A DNA stretch of 64,000 nucleotides from Nitrospirota bacterium (GCA_963740085.1 CAVUCU010000001.1:1120001-1184000); one strand, 5' to 3'; shown: positions 42,501 through 53,917, counted from the stretch's first letter. Translations and numbers: made by a program. The notes: generated by a model from the letters alone, not told the origin.

Positions 42501-44513
42501 GATGGTGATGGTCCCGCTTTTCTCTCCGGCCTTGATGACCAGCGGGCCCGGCGTGATGGTATAATCGGTCCCTTCCTGCGCTGTCCCGCTCACGGTGAAG
42601 GGCACGGTCACGTCCTTGCCGTGTATGGCGGAGAGCTGCATTGTCACCATTGCCGGCCCGTTGTTCTCCTGCACTTCCTGTCCCGGCGCAGTGAAGGTCA
42701 CCGTGGGCTCGGGGTCGTTGTCGATGATCGTATAGGTATGGACCGTCTGTTTGCCCAGGACCGCGTTGACGGGGTTCGCGAGCGTCACCTCGATCGTCTC
42801 GTTGTCTTCGTGGAGCTCGTCGTCGATGATCCCGATGTCGATGGTCTTGACTGTCTCCCCGGGCTCGAAGACGAGCGTGCCGTTCGTGAGGGTATAATCC
42901 TTGTTGTTCTCTGCCGTGCCGCCCGTGATCGCGTATTCCACGCTGGCCCGCTTGCCGCTGGCCTCGCCCAGGGATACTTCGATCTTCGCAGGGCCCTTAC
43001 CTTCATCTCCACTGGAGTCCTTCAATGCGAAGGCTACGGCCGGGGGTGGATCGTTGTCTCTGATGGTTGTGATGTTGACCGGGTGCGCGCCCGGGGTCGC
43101 GTTCACCGGGGTCCCCATGGTCATGATGATCGACTCATTGTCCTCGTAGAGGTGATCGTCTATCGGCGTGATGGTGATGGTCCCGCTTGTCTCTCCGGCC
43201 TTGATGACCAGCGGGCCTGGCGTGATGGTGTAATCGGCCCTTTCCTGCGCTGTCCCGCTCAAGGTGAAGGGCACGGTCACGTCCTTGCCGGAGACAACGG
43301 AGAGCTGTACTGTTACCACAGCCGGCCCGTTGTTCTCCTGCACTTCCTGTCCCGGCGCAGTGAAGGTCACCGTGGGCTCGGGGTCGTTGTCGATGATCGT
43401 ATAGGTATGGACGATCTGTTTGCCCAGGATCGCGTTGACGGGGTTCGAGAGCTTCAATTCGATCGTCCTGTCGCCGCGGTAGAGCTTGTCATCGACGATC
43501 CCGATGTCGATGTCTTTGGACAGCTCCCCGGGTTCGAAGACGAGCGTGCCGTTTTTGAGGGTATAGTCGGTTTTGTTCTCTGCCGTGCCGCCCGTGATCG
43601 TGTATGCCACCGTTACTTTCCTGGGGCTGGGCGCGCTCAGCAGGACAGCTATTTTGGCGGGTGACACGCTTTCATCCCTGTCCAGCCTCCGCAACGCAAA
43701 ATTCACGAAAACGTCCCGAAGGCCGACCCCGGTCACCGGCGAGACATAGTCGACCCTGGGTTTGAATTTCCCTTCGCTCTCGTCACTATCGCTCTCAACA
43801 CCGGAGGCAAAGCCGGCGAGGGAACCCGCAAGCTCGGCCGTAGCCTTATCAAGCAGGACCTTCGGATCTTCGATCCGGCCAATGCCGAGAAGGCCCGGCG
43901 AGTCATCGCCGGACAGGGTGACGCTGTGGGCCCATTTTATCTCCGGGTTTTCCCCGGTCGAGACCAGGCGGGCAGAGAGGGCAAGTTTCGGGGGGTCCTT
44001 TTCATTGTAAAGCTCAAGATCGGTAATAAGCACTCCTGCTGCTCCGCCATCCTCCTTGAATACACGGGCATTCACCGAGCTTATACTTCCGGTATCGCGC
44101 ATGCGGATTTTTTCCATCAAACGATCCAGGTCCGCCTGCGCCATGACCTCCAATCCCTGGCCTTTCAGTTTGTCCAATAAGGCCCGATGTATCTCAGCCA
44201 GCGGAGCGGACGAGTTGCTCAGGTTCGCGATGGGTAAAACCGCGACCCGGCCGATATGGTCCACGCGAATGTCTCCGGGCGCGGGTCCTTTCACGGCCGC
44301 GCACCCCAGAAGGAGCAGAAGAACCGCGCACAGGACCGCAACAGGCATGCGGAACGTCCTTTCCCGCAGGTCCCTGGTGCGTTCGCGATCATGTTGGAAG
44401 TGGTCAGGCATTATTTTCATACGGCGGCCAACGGGCCGGTCTTCGATACCGTTATTATTTTCCGAGAGGTCCTGGAGGGTTCGAGAAATAGCGTGTGCGA
44501 AAGATGAGAACAT
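36510..44513 (-). CDS. Giant lipoprotein (about 2600 aa): CsgG/DUF799-like domain, about 20 Calx-beta repeats, second CsgG-like domain; OscG-like; split by two single-base frameshifts (about 41683 and 40978)
   Basis: Lipobox LLGC; RVAVLPIANLS and RIAIMPFTNES domains; ~111-aa repeats with GTA..DY...GTLVF.PGE..KTI.I.IIDD..HEDNET...L.NP.NA. Confidence 0.85.
37261..43610. repeat. Near-identical 1.6-kb intragenic duplication (37261-38876 and 41995-43610), built from two-domain units of about 669 bp
   Basis: Matching ends at a constant offset of 4734 bp. Confidence 0.85.
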
Positions 44514-44687
44514 GGTTCTTTCTTAAATAAGTTGAAAAAGCCTAAAAACTGCAGACCAGCCAACAAAAAGCCGAAGCTTTGACACGGATAAAAGCCGACA
44601 AGAAAGATGATTTTCACTGATACGTCAAAGCATTCTCAGTGCGAATCATAGCGCGGCCTTTGCCGCAACCAAAATGCAAGACATCCT

Positions 44688-45032
44688 GCCACCAAAGCCA
44701 CAAAAAATATATACCTCTTAATTTTATGGCTCTTTCGCATTTTAGTTGAAAACAAGTTATCAATAAGCATTAACAAGGGAATCATTCCACCTAAACACAA
44801 ATCCGTTTTCGCGCAGAGACGCAGAGGCGCGAAGAAAGGATAAAATAAAAATGATCACAAAAACTTTTATCTAGAACCTTCTATTCCAGCATTGAAGCAT
44901 TCATCAGGCATCTTCTGCCGTTTTTCTCTGCGTACTCTGCGGCTTTGCGCGAGAAAGACGTTTGTCGTTTCTTTTCAACTTATTTACGAATGAACCATTT
45001 TGTTATTATGTGCTTTTTGTGCCTTTTGTGGC
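44688..45032. repeat. Nested periodic-arm inverted-repeat elements
   Basis: Outer gccaccaaagccacaaa ... tgtgctttttgtgccttttgtggc; inner tcgcgcagagacgcagaggcgcgaag ... ctctgcgtactctgcggctttgcgcga. Confidence 0.65.
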
Positions 45033-45079
45033 CATGTTCCATCCGTTTATCTTAGGGGACAGCATGGCCGCTCATCCGA

Positions 45080-45673
45080 TCAAAAAAGTTTATTCAGGAC
45101 GTCGATGACGGCCGCCCGGGTGACGTCGTCCATCGGCCGCCCGCCTCCGCCAAAGAGCCGGTCCCCGGCGGTTATGCCGCCCTGGGTGGAAGACGCGGTC
45201 CATACCACCTTTCCGGTCTGCGTCTCGATCATCTGAACGCTGAGGGAAACGATATTTGCGGACGTCGTGCTTGAACGCACCTCTCCGTACTCCCGCACGA
45301 CCCCCGTTATGACGGCGTCGGCCTTGACAATGCCCCCCAGTTTTACGGCATCCTCAGCCGAGGGAGCGGACGATTTCTCGATCCCCGCCCGCACCATGCC
45401 CCGCGCGACCTCTCCCGCGGGAAGCACGTAGAGGGAGCCGGTAGACAGCAGCATGTTCATGAAAACATCCCTGACCCTGCTTGACGCAAGAGGCTCTTTT
45501 GTGAGATTTTCGAACGGCATGACCGCGACGATCCGCACCGACGCCAGATCGAAGTTCGGATCATGATAGACCTCGAGCCCGGAACGCGACGCGCACGCTG
45601 ACAGGAAAACCAGCAGCAGGGAAAGCATGATCGGCACGGACTTTCGGAACCGGCCCGATGTCTCAATCTTCAT
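45080..45673 (-). CDS. CsgG/DUF799-like lipoprotein (OscF-like)
   Basis: Lipobox LSAC; VAVMPFENLT, ADAVITG.V.EY and TGKVVW motifs; position in the cluster. Confidence 0.8.
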   Translation of the reverse strand: MKIETSGRFRKSVPIMLSLLLVFLSACASRSGLEVYHDPNFDLASVRIVAVMPFENLTKEPLASSRVRDVFMNMLLSTGSLYVLPAGEVARGMVRAGIEKSSAPSAEDAVKLGGIVKADAVITGVVREYGEVRSSTTSANIVSLSVQMIETQTGKVVWTASSTQGGITAGDRLFGGGGRPMDDVTRAAVIDVLNKLF

Positions 45674-45865
45674 ATTATTTCCAATAACCCGCAGGATAGA
45701 AGCAGCACCCACCATGTTGATCGTGAACAATCTCTCTTACCTCCTGTTCGTTAATGTCCGTTTCATATAAACCAGCCGCTGAAAATATTCCTTGTTATAA
45801 AGAGCGCACGGATTTTTCAATGTTCTCCGTGGTTATATCTTGCGGCTGCAATTACCATTGTATCA

Positions 45866-46033
45866 CCTAACCCGGACAATCCGGAACTAAAATAATGAAA
45901 CCAAAAGGCGTCTCGCGCAGAGCCGTAGCCTGCACTTGCGTGAGCGCGGCCATAAACCAAGCTCGCAGAGAACAACAAAAAAAATAGAGCCGCGATTCAT
46001 GTCTTTCTCGGCGTCTCTGCGCCTCAGCGGGAA
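45866..46033. repeat. Periodic-arm element; inverted copy of the 59.9-60.3 kb unit
   Basis: aggcgtctcgcgcagagccg...aagctcgcagagaacaac and tctttctcggcgtctctgcgcctcagcg are reverse complements of the 60 kb repeat arms. Confidence 0.7.
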
Positions 46034-46202
46034 GATGCCTTATGGATCTTGACGTGATAGAACAATAAAAGAAAAAAATGAACTGAATATCTACAAATTA
46101 AAATAAAAATGCATTGACGCTTTCAGGCTCTTCTATGTGCCTTCCATGCTTTCTGTGGCAAAAGATTCTTGCCATTGTGAGTAACCTTTGACCTATTAGC
46201 TT

Positions 46203-48452
46203 CTAAAAATACGCCCTCAGGTTCGTGCTGAATATTTTTGAAGCCGATCTGCCTTCGTCCGACTTGCTCAGGGTATCCTGATACGCGGCGGCCAGGTAGG
46301 TGGTCCGGGTGATCTTCCACGTCAGGGACGGACCCCAGGTCCTGACCCTTGAGTTCTTTTCGGACTCCCAGCTCTCGGTATACGCAAAGGAGAACTCGAG
46401 AGACCCGCCGAAGAACGGCGACCAGTTGAACGCATAATTCTGCGACCTCTTGGTCGTAGTCCTGGGTGGCTACGGTGCTCATACCGGCGACGAGGTAGAG
46501 CGTATCGACGGGATGATAGGTGGCCGTCTCATCGGTCCTGTCGGTCCACGTTATAGATTCCTGCGTGCCCCCTCCTGAACTGTGCGTCCTCGACGAATCA
46601 TAATTGAAGCTCAGGTTCAGCGTACGGTGGGGCTGAATACTCGCTCCGGCGATGAGGTCCGTGCTGTCCACGCGTTCGCCCGTGTCCTGGTCCTTAAAGG
46701 TCATCCCTCCCGAGGCCGTCAGGACCACGCCTTGATAGACATCCGCGTGATTATGCAGGAAGACGCTGTTCGTATTGGAACGTCCGCTGGTGGTCTCCTC
46801 AAACCTCCCGCTGTAGGACAGATTGTGGCGGAGCGTCTTGAGGGGGACCGCGTCGAGGGACGCGTCCGCGACATACGCAAAGCCGTGGTCCGTGGGTTCG
46901 GAAAAATCCTCCCTGCCGGCGCGCGCGTTTTCGGAAAAGACCCTGCTGAGACGATGGGACGTTGTCAGCATGTTTGAAAGGGTCCAGCGCTGCTGCCCGG
47001 AAGGCTCCTGCTTGGAGAGAAAATATGAGAGATTGTAATACAGGTTCGCGCTTTCCAGAAGCAGCGCCTTGCCGTCGAAATTATAGGTCTGGGTCGAAGT
47101 GGTCTTCTTCCCCCTTGCCTGCTCCGCTGATGTGCTCGAAATGGCCTGGATCTCCGTCACGAAGATATCGGGATATCCTGAGGCGCCCTGCACCGCCGGC
47201 GAGAGGGGTTTCACCACGACCTTTATATATCTCGTGTTGACCGATGAAAAGGTGATCTCGAAACGGTTTTCGAATTGCCCGAACGGGGCAGAGGACAGGG
47301 TTGTGTACAGGCTCCAGTTCAGGTTGTCGGAGCTCGTATAGACGTCCCAGGAGAAGGAGCCGGCGATAACCGACGGAAGCTCCCTGTCCACCCAAACCCG
47401 GAGCGTGTTCACATCCTGGGCAAGAGAAAAATCGAGGCCGATGTTCCGTTCCCGCGTGTCTCCTCCGATGATGGACGGCATCCCGATGTTGACCCCGGCG
47501 CTTGTTGTAAGGTTTCCGTCCACCAGCGCGGAATTCGATGCAAGGGCGCCGTCAACAGGCGTATCATCGATGGACGAAAGCCCGGCAAAAGGGCACCAGG
47601 CCGATGTCCAGCGTCCCCGTTCCGCTGACCGAGGTGGTCAATTCATTGTAGCTGACGTTGTAGCTCGTATCGAACGAGACGCCGGTTATGGAAAAAACTG
47701 TTGGCATACTCCGCCCTCCCGACGTGGCTCAGGCTCCGGGTCTCGAGGCCGGACAGCCGGTCGGTGGTAACGATGTAGGTCGGCCTGTACTGCATCGAAA
47801 TAGTGTCGGTCGGCGTATAATTCATGGTAAGACCTGCGTAGTCACGGACGACGTCCTGGGTGGCATGATCGATGTCATAGACATGCGATCGTTCGACCCG
47901 CCCCTCGATGGAGGGAAGGTCCCGTACCGGGGGATACAGGCCCATGATGCCTGAATAGAGCTCGTTGATATTGGTAATTGCCGGCGACCCGGTGGACGAC
48001 GACGTCTCCTCCCGCCGGCTGTATCTGGCTCCGGCTGTGTAGACCGGGGACCTCAGCGTCAGGTCCACCAGCGGCTGGACCCTCGTCAGCGTCGAATCCG
48101 TCCAGACGCCGTCGGTGATCGTTGTGCTGTCTGTTTTGTCAAAAAGGCCGCTCGCATACAGCCTGAGATACGGGTAGAGGGTCTTCGACAACGACAGGTT
48201 GTAGCGCTGGGTGTACGAGTCGGTCTTCGTGTGGCTTGAATTGCCCTGGACGTCCTGGGAATCGGAGGCCAGATTGCTGTATCCGAGGTCCACGTAACCG
48301 CCGATCCCTTCCGCGGCCGCGCTGCAGGGAAAGAGCGAGGCCGAAAGGAACAGAAGCGTTGGAAAGACCACGGCCGCTGCCGCACAACTCCGGAGGACGG
48401 ACCGCCACTGCTGAACGGATCCAGCTGGTCTTGATTTGCGAACAGGATCCAC
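46203..48452 (-). CDS. Outer-membrane beta-barrel protein with inserted beta-sandwich domain (OscE-like); frameshifted near 47.6 kb and 46.45 kb
   Basis: Signal peptide, amphipathic S/T/Y-rich beta strands; the shifted C-terminal frame ends ...STNLRAYF* (aromatic beta-signal) at 46203. Confidence 0.7.
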
Positions 48453-48459
48453 CGGGCTT

Positions 48460-49860
48460 TTACCTCTCCCCCATCATGGCCACCCACTGCGCGTCCACGC
48501 CGATGTCAAGCTCCATGACCGTCTGGTTGCCGATGAGATTGACGCTCTGGAGCGAGTTTTTCCGCGGCACCACCAGGTACAGCTCGTTTTCCTCACCGTC
48601 TATCGCCATGCCGGCTACGCCCTCTCCCGCCGGGATCCGGTCGATCGGCATGTCCAGGCCCGGCTGGTACACCGAAACCAGGGGATCGAACCGCCTGCCG
48701 ACATAGATGCGGTCTGTCCTGGTGTCGACCTTCAAGGCTCTCGCTCCCGTGCCGACGGAGATCCGCTGAACGACGGCGAGCGACGAGGTGTCGATGACCG
48801 AAAGGTATGAGGAGAGCGAATGAATGACATAGAGCCTGTCCCCGTTGCGGTTCAATTGCCCCCGCAGCGGGCCCGCGTCAACGGAGATCGTCGCGGTAAC
48901 CTGTCTCGCAGCGAGGTCGATGATGGAAATGGAATCCGACTGGGTATTGAAGACATAGGCCTTTTTGCCGGACGAATCGACGAGGACCGTGTTCGGTCCG
49001 TTGCCTACATTGATCCGCTCCAGTTCGATGAAGGAAACAGGGTCGATGATGCTCACCGTGTTCGAACCGTTGTTCGCCGTCATCAGGATGCGGCCGTCCG
49101 GCGTGAGCGCCGGCTCCTGGGGACGGTCGCCGGCATTGAGCACTATCCTGTGGATGATCTCGTTGCTGGATACGTCTATGATGTCCACGGAGTCCTCGCC
49201 GGAGAGCGCCACATAGGCCCGTTGCCGAGCCTGGTCGAGGACGATGCCCCGCGGGTCCGCCCCCGTGGCTATGACATCCACAACCCTGCCTGCCTTCTTA
49301 TTGAAGACGGTTATGTCGTTCGAACCCTGATTCACCACATATCCCATAAGGGCCGTGATCGGTTTTTTGGGCCGGTCGAGGGAAAAAGAGGGGCTGAAGC
49401 CGAACCGGTCCCGTATTGCCTCCTTGGGACGCAGTGTTCCTTCCAGGACAGAGGCCCTGCCTTTGCGCACCTCAAAGGAGAACGGCTCCAGCAGCGGCTC
49501 TTCTGGCACGAGCAGGGCGTTTTCCCCTGCTTCTCCCCGGAGAAAGGCCTCATGGGTGCGGAATGCAAGGCCTTTGTACAGACCGGGAGGAACTCTGCCG
49601 GAGGCAACGAGGCGTTGTCTGTTTATCGTACTGACGCTGAATTCGGTTATCGCGAGCGTGAGGGGAAATTCCGTGCCGTCGTCCCGACGCGCGACGATCT
49701 CGCTGAGGTCGAACCTGAGCCGTTCCGCCTCTCCGGGAAGGGGCTCGACATAGAGGAATATCTCCCCTTCCTCTTCAAGGGGCGGCTTCAGGCGGGCGGT
49801 GGTTGCAAAGCAGCCGGAAAGAAATACAACCGTGATGAGAAGAAAATATAAACGTCTCAT
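48460..49860 (-). CDS. oscD: YVTN/YncE-type beta-propeller lipoprotein (OscD-like)
   Basis: Lipobox LSGC; YVVNQGSNDITV, ANNGSNTVSIID and AYVFNTQSDSISIID repeats; position in the cluster. Confidence 0.75.
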   Translation of the reverse strand: MRRLYFLLITVVFLSGCFATTARLKPPLEEEGEIFLYVEPLPGEAERLRFDLSEIVARRDDGTEFPLTLAITEFSVSTINRQRLVASGRVPPGLYKGLAFRTHEAFLRGEAGENALLVPEEPLLEPFSFEVRKGRASVLEGTLRPKEAIRDRFGFSPSFSLDRPKKPITALMGYVVNQGSNDITVFNKKAGRVVDVIATGADPRGIVLDQARQRAYVALSGEDSVDIIDVSSNEIIHRIVLNAGDRPQEPALTPDGRILMTANNGSNTVSIIDPVSFIELERINVGNGPNTVLVDSSGKKAYVFNTQSDSISIIDLAARQVTATISVDAGPLRGQLNRNGDRLYVIHSLSSYLSVIDTSSLAVVQRISVGTGARALKVDTRTDRIYVGRRFDPLVSVYQPGLDMPIDRIPAGEGVAGMAIDGEENELYLVVPRKNSLQSVNLIGNQTVMELDIGVDAQWVAMMGER

Positions 49861-50180
49861 GGGGTTCCTTTCTCAGAAGATCGGTGTAACGTCAAATAGT
49901 AACCACAGAGCGCACAGAGACATATGTAAAATTACTCAAAACCTGTGTTCTCTGTCGTTCTCTTGCTACAAGTAGTTATTCTATAAAAGCAGATTGAGCC
50001 AAAGAATGCACAGAAGATCACATCAAGAATATAAATGATTGAAAACAATAGTGTTTGGGCAATACCTAACTGAATTGGTGATTACGTTAGTCATTTCAAC
50101 TTCTTGTTTTTTTCTGTGTGAATTATGTGCTTTTTATCGCTAACTGCCGTTTACGGGTTTATTTCATTTTCAGCATTTTT

Positions 50181-50806
50181 CCTGTGTTCTTTGCGGTTAA
50201 TTGGTTCGGTCCTGAAAGTCACATAATTCTATAACTACTTAAATTGACCGCATAGAACACAAAGATCACAAGGATTTTAACGAATGAAAACATAATGGTT
50301 TCATATCTCTCCTGTTTCCCCTTCTCTGCGTTCTTTGCGTTCTTTGCGGTAAATTGGTTCAGGTCCTGGAAAGTCACATAATTCTATAACTACTCAAATT
50401 GACCGCAAAGAACACAAAGATCACAAGGATTTTAAGAATGAAAACATAATGGTTTCATATCTCTCCTGTTTCCCCTTCTCTGCGTTCTCTGCGTTCTTTG
50501 TGGTTAATTGGTTCGGTCCTGAAAGTCACATAATTCTATAACTACTTAAATTGACCGCAAAGAGCACAAAGATCAACAAGGATTTTAAGAATGAAAACAT
50601 AATGGGTTCATATCTCTCTGGTTCCCGTCCTCTGCGTTCTCTGCGTTCTCTGTGGTAAATTGGTTCGGTCCTGAAAGTCACATAATTCTATAATACTCAA
50701 ATTGACCGTCAGTAGAACACAAAGATCACAAGGATTTAAAATAAATATTTTTATCCTCTGTGTTCCCTCTGTGGTTTACTCTGCGTTCTCTGCGGTTAAT
50801 TGGTTC
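50181..50806. repeat. Tandem array of four ~153-bp units, each a periodic-arm inverted-repeat element
   Basis: Units start at 50201, 50354, 50508 and 50660 (ttggttcggtcctgaaagtcacataattc...); arms accgcaaagaacacaaagatcacaagg / ctctgcgttctttgcgttctttgcggt. Confidence 0.9.
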
Positions 50807-50817
50807 TAGCGGCAGCG

Positions 50818-52106
50818 CTATGGATATACCCCTACATGGCATTTGTTGCAAAGTGTATCCTGCGAGGGAGCAAATTTCGTCGCCGGCATGTCATAATACG
50901 CCCGCAAGGCCTCTGCCTCCGTGCGCCCCTGCCCGTAGGGCTGTTCAGGCTGCCCTTCCTGGGAATACGATCCATTGTTCTCGATAAAGCTTGTTTCAGC
51001 ATTCCATCTCATGATGCCGTCCCACCCCGACGCGTGCGCCCGGTGGCAGGTAAGGCACGTCACCTGCGCCGTTGTGTCGGGACCAGTGAGCCAGGAATCA
51101 TCGCTTTTTGCATGCGCCTTGAGGGTCGCGTAGTCCGTGATTCCCTCCTCGAAGGGAACGAGCGAAAGATAGGACGTATTCACCAATCCCGTGAGATCGC
51201 CGCTTTTAATATATGCATTATAGTTGGCCGCCTTGATTGCGCCGAGGTTGGCGGCGTTGCCTGTCGGGTGAAGCAGGTTCGTCTTCCCGGGCCAGGTTGT
51301 CGTATGCATGTCCGGGTGGCAGTTCCTGCACCACTCCGACATGCCTGCACCGTAGGCCACGCGGGTCTGCGTTGTTGCTTCCGACCTGTTGTATGTGTCC
51401 GGCGCGACGGCGGCGGGAGGATCGTTCACAAAGGCAAAACCGCCGGTCAAGGATTTCGGCAGATAGCCCTTTCCGCCCAGCATCCGGTACACACCCACCG
51501 CCTTGTTGGCTTCAGGATCGGGACTGGACGCGTAGGAGCCCGAGCCGATAATGGGGCTCCAGGTCGTGGATATGGATCCGTCGAAATTCCTCCGGTATTT
51601 TCCATGGGGGTCGTGACAGCTTATGCAGGACAAGCCATCCGAGGGATAGGTCCCGCCCGGGGCAGCGGAATAGGTGCTGTCGCTATCGTACAGGAAGTCG
51701 GCTGCCACGATATTGTGTCCATGCCTTTCTCCAAGGCTGGATATGGGCGGCAGCCCGGGACCCGGGACCCAGGAGAAGGTCTTTTTGAGCCATCCGAAAT
51801 CTCCGCCCGGCGTGAGCTGTTTGGGAGGCATGCCCTGCGGGAGCTCGCTGAACGGCGTGCTTACATGGTAGTCCGTCGGACCGATGTCGCCCGGCTGCTG
51901 ATGGCAATACAGGCAGGTTGAACTGGCATCCTGTTCCCGCAGGAGAGAAGGCCCGCTGATCGAGAGAATGTCGGTACCGTGTATCGAGTGACAAGCAACG
52001 CACGTACCGACGCCGCCGTCGTGGAAAGCCGCTGAACCGCTTTCCAGCCGATGATAATAAGGGCTGTTGTCAACAGACCCCTGATGATGGTCGTCAGTAT
52101 TTTCAT
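50818..52106 (-). CDS. OmcS-family hexaheme cytochrome, paralog 3 (frameshift in signal peptide near 52040)
   Basis: In-frame FHDGGVGTCVACHSIH, CLYCH, TPGGDFGW, CISCHDPHGKYRR, WCRNCH, CLTCHRAHASG and LCNKCH; six CxxCH motifs. Confidence 0.9.
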
Positions 52107-52211
52107 CTCATCACAGCGTAAATGCGGCATTCCAGGTGAATGCCGATACATCTGAATCCAGGGACATTACTCAGTTAAAAATCAAATTCGACTCAACATG
52201 AAAAAAAATTT

Positions 52212-52340
52212 ACCGCGAAGACGCCAAGAACGCAAAGAAATCTCTAACTCCTGGTATTTAACCGAAGAATCTTTAGCATTCCTTCGCGACCTTCGCGCCT
52301 TGGCGGTTCCAAGGTTTTGGTTCCGGGCTGTCCGGGTCAG
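52212..52340. repeat. Periodic-arm inverted-repeat element
   Basis: accgcgaagacgccaagaacgcaaag ... ccttcgcgaccttcgcgccttggcggt, followed by ggttccgggctgtccgggt. Confidence 0.8.
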
Positions 52341-52428
52341 ATAGACTTATAATTACATGAAGACAGACGAAATTGCAATAAAATAAATGGCAGAATGGAC
52401 CCGCTTATGCTCATCATAACAGCTTAGG

Positions 52429-52461
52429 AAAAAGAAGGGCTGGATTTCTCCAGCCCTTCTT
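52429..52461 (-). terminator. Intrinsic terminator after omcS paralog 2
   Basis: aagaagggctgga-tttc-tccagcccttctt hairpin with a minus-strand U tract. Confidence 0.75.
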
Positions 52462-52494
52462 AGGTACATACATTATGCTGCGACTAGGTGGATA

Positions 52495-53731
52495 TTAGTC
52501 TTTTGCGTGGCACTTGTTGCAAAGCGAACGCTGGTAGCTGGCATACTTTGTTTCGGGCTGGTTGTTGTAAGCAGCCGATGTTTCTGCCGTGGTGCGGCCC
52601 ATTGCATATTTTGCAGCTGTTGGCGATCGTGCTCGTTGAATCGGTGCCCGGCCATACGCCGTCAGCAGCGATGAACTCGCCTTCGTTCTGCCACCTGGTC
52701 ATGTGCGCGAAGCCGGTTGCATGCGCCCTGTGGCACGAAAGGCACATAACTCTGGATGACGTTGCAGCCTGTGCATTGACGGTGTTGGCTGCTGTCTGGA
52801 GGGCTGCCATGTCGGACGTATTGTCTGTCTGGAAAGGAACGATCGTGTCGAAGCCGGAAGCGCCCGTCAGACCGCTGCCCAGATAGGCGTTGTAGTTTGC
52901 TGCAACTGCTGCGCTGAAGCCCTGGTTTACCGGGTGGGTCAGCTTGGTGCTGGTGGCGCTGTGCATGTCAGGATGGCAGGTTGCGCACCAGTCGGAGATG
53001 CCGGCGCCATAGGCCTCGGCCGTCTGCGAGACTGCCTCTGTCCTGTTGTAGGTGGATGCAACGAAGCGTTGGAATGTCGCGGTGAAGGTCTTGCCGCCTG
53101 AACCGGCCGTGGAGCCCGGTCCACGAAGGAGACGGAACACGCCGACTGCCTGGCCTGCTGCCGGGAGCGTGCTGTTGGTGTAGGAGCCGGAGCCGATGAT
53201 CGGGGCGCCCGTGGTTGCCATGGCGCCAGTGGAAAGCCTTCTCAGTTTGCCATGGTTGTCATGGCAGCTGTTGCAGGAAAGCTGGGTTGCATCCATGTCG
53301 CCGCCCGGGGCGGTCGTGTTCTGCGCATCAGCAACGTAACCGGGGAGGGCGACTGCTACGACGTTGTGGCCATGTCTCTCGCCAAGTTCTGTTGAAGAGG
53401 AGCCGGACCGAGGGGACCAGGTATAGGTCTTGAGGAGCCAGCCGAAGTCGCCGCCCGGGGTCATCTGAAGCGGGGGTACGCCGGCGGTAACTGTCGGGGT
53501 GAGGATATGATAGCTGCCTGCTGATGGTGAGCCGTGGCAGGAAGCGTTCGCGCAGGTGGAGGTGATGTCCCCGGCGATAAGGAGAGCTGAGGCGCTCTGA
53601 CCGTCATGGATGTCGTGGCAGCCCATGCACTCTGCAACGCCGCCGGAATGGAACGCATAGCTTGCGGTGCTGAGGCCGATTATTACGGCAAAAGCAGCTA
53701 CAAGGATAAGACTAAATTTAACGATTTTCAT
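52495..53731 (-). CDS. omcS: OmcS-like nanowire cytochrome, paralog 2 (frameshift near 52615)
   Basis: AFHSGGVAECMGCHDIH, LQMTPGGDFGW and CLSCHRAHA; the shifted frame ends ASYQRSLCNKCHAKD*; GGAGG RBS before 53731. Confidence 0.88.
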
Positions 53732-53750
53732 TACATCCTCCTGAATTTTG

Positions 53751-53830
53751 CTCCGGCAGACCAGCCATCCCGCTTCCGGGATCTGTGACTTTGTGCCCCC
53801 ATCTTGCAATGGGTTTACTCTTTTCGGAGG
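53751..53830 (-). ncRNA. GEMM-I riboswitch, A20 (cGAMP / GEMM-Ib) type
   Basis: Minus strand cctccgaaaaGAGTAAACCCATT-GCAA-GATGGG-GGCACAAAGTCACAGATCCC..GGGATGGCTGGTCTGCCGGAG, in the omcS 5' UTR. Confidence 0.85.
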
Positions 53831-53857
53831 ATCGATTGTGCCGGCAATGCCGACATA

Positions 53858-53917
53858 TTTTACTTCTCACTTTTTACTTCTTACTTCTTACTTTTTACTT
53901 CTTACTTCTTACTTACT
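53858..53917. repeat. (TTACTTC)n heptamer tract
   Basis: About 8 degenerate ttacttc/ttacttt units. Confidence 0.85.

Noticed and set aside
37261-43610. Diversity-generating retroelement TR/VR pair
   Set aside because: There is no reverse transcriptase in the window, both copies are in-frame domain repeats, and I saw no adenine-specific pattern of differences.
50181-50806. CRISPR array
   Set aside because: The period is about 153 bp, the 'spacers' are near-identical, and there are no cas genes. It is a tandem repeat.
53732-53809. N-terminal extension of omcS paralog 2 as called by the ORF track (likewise 54938-54970, 17052-17120, 18440-18478)
   Set aside because: The first three overlap a riboswitch, a promoter and a repeat element, and downstream ATGs with better RBS or domain starts exist in all four.
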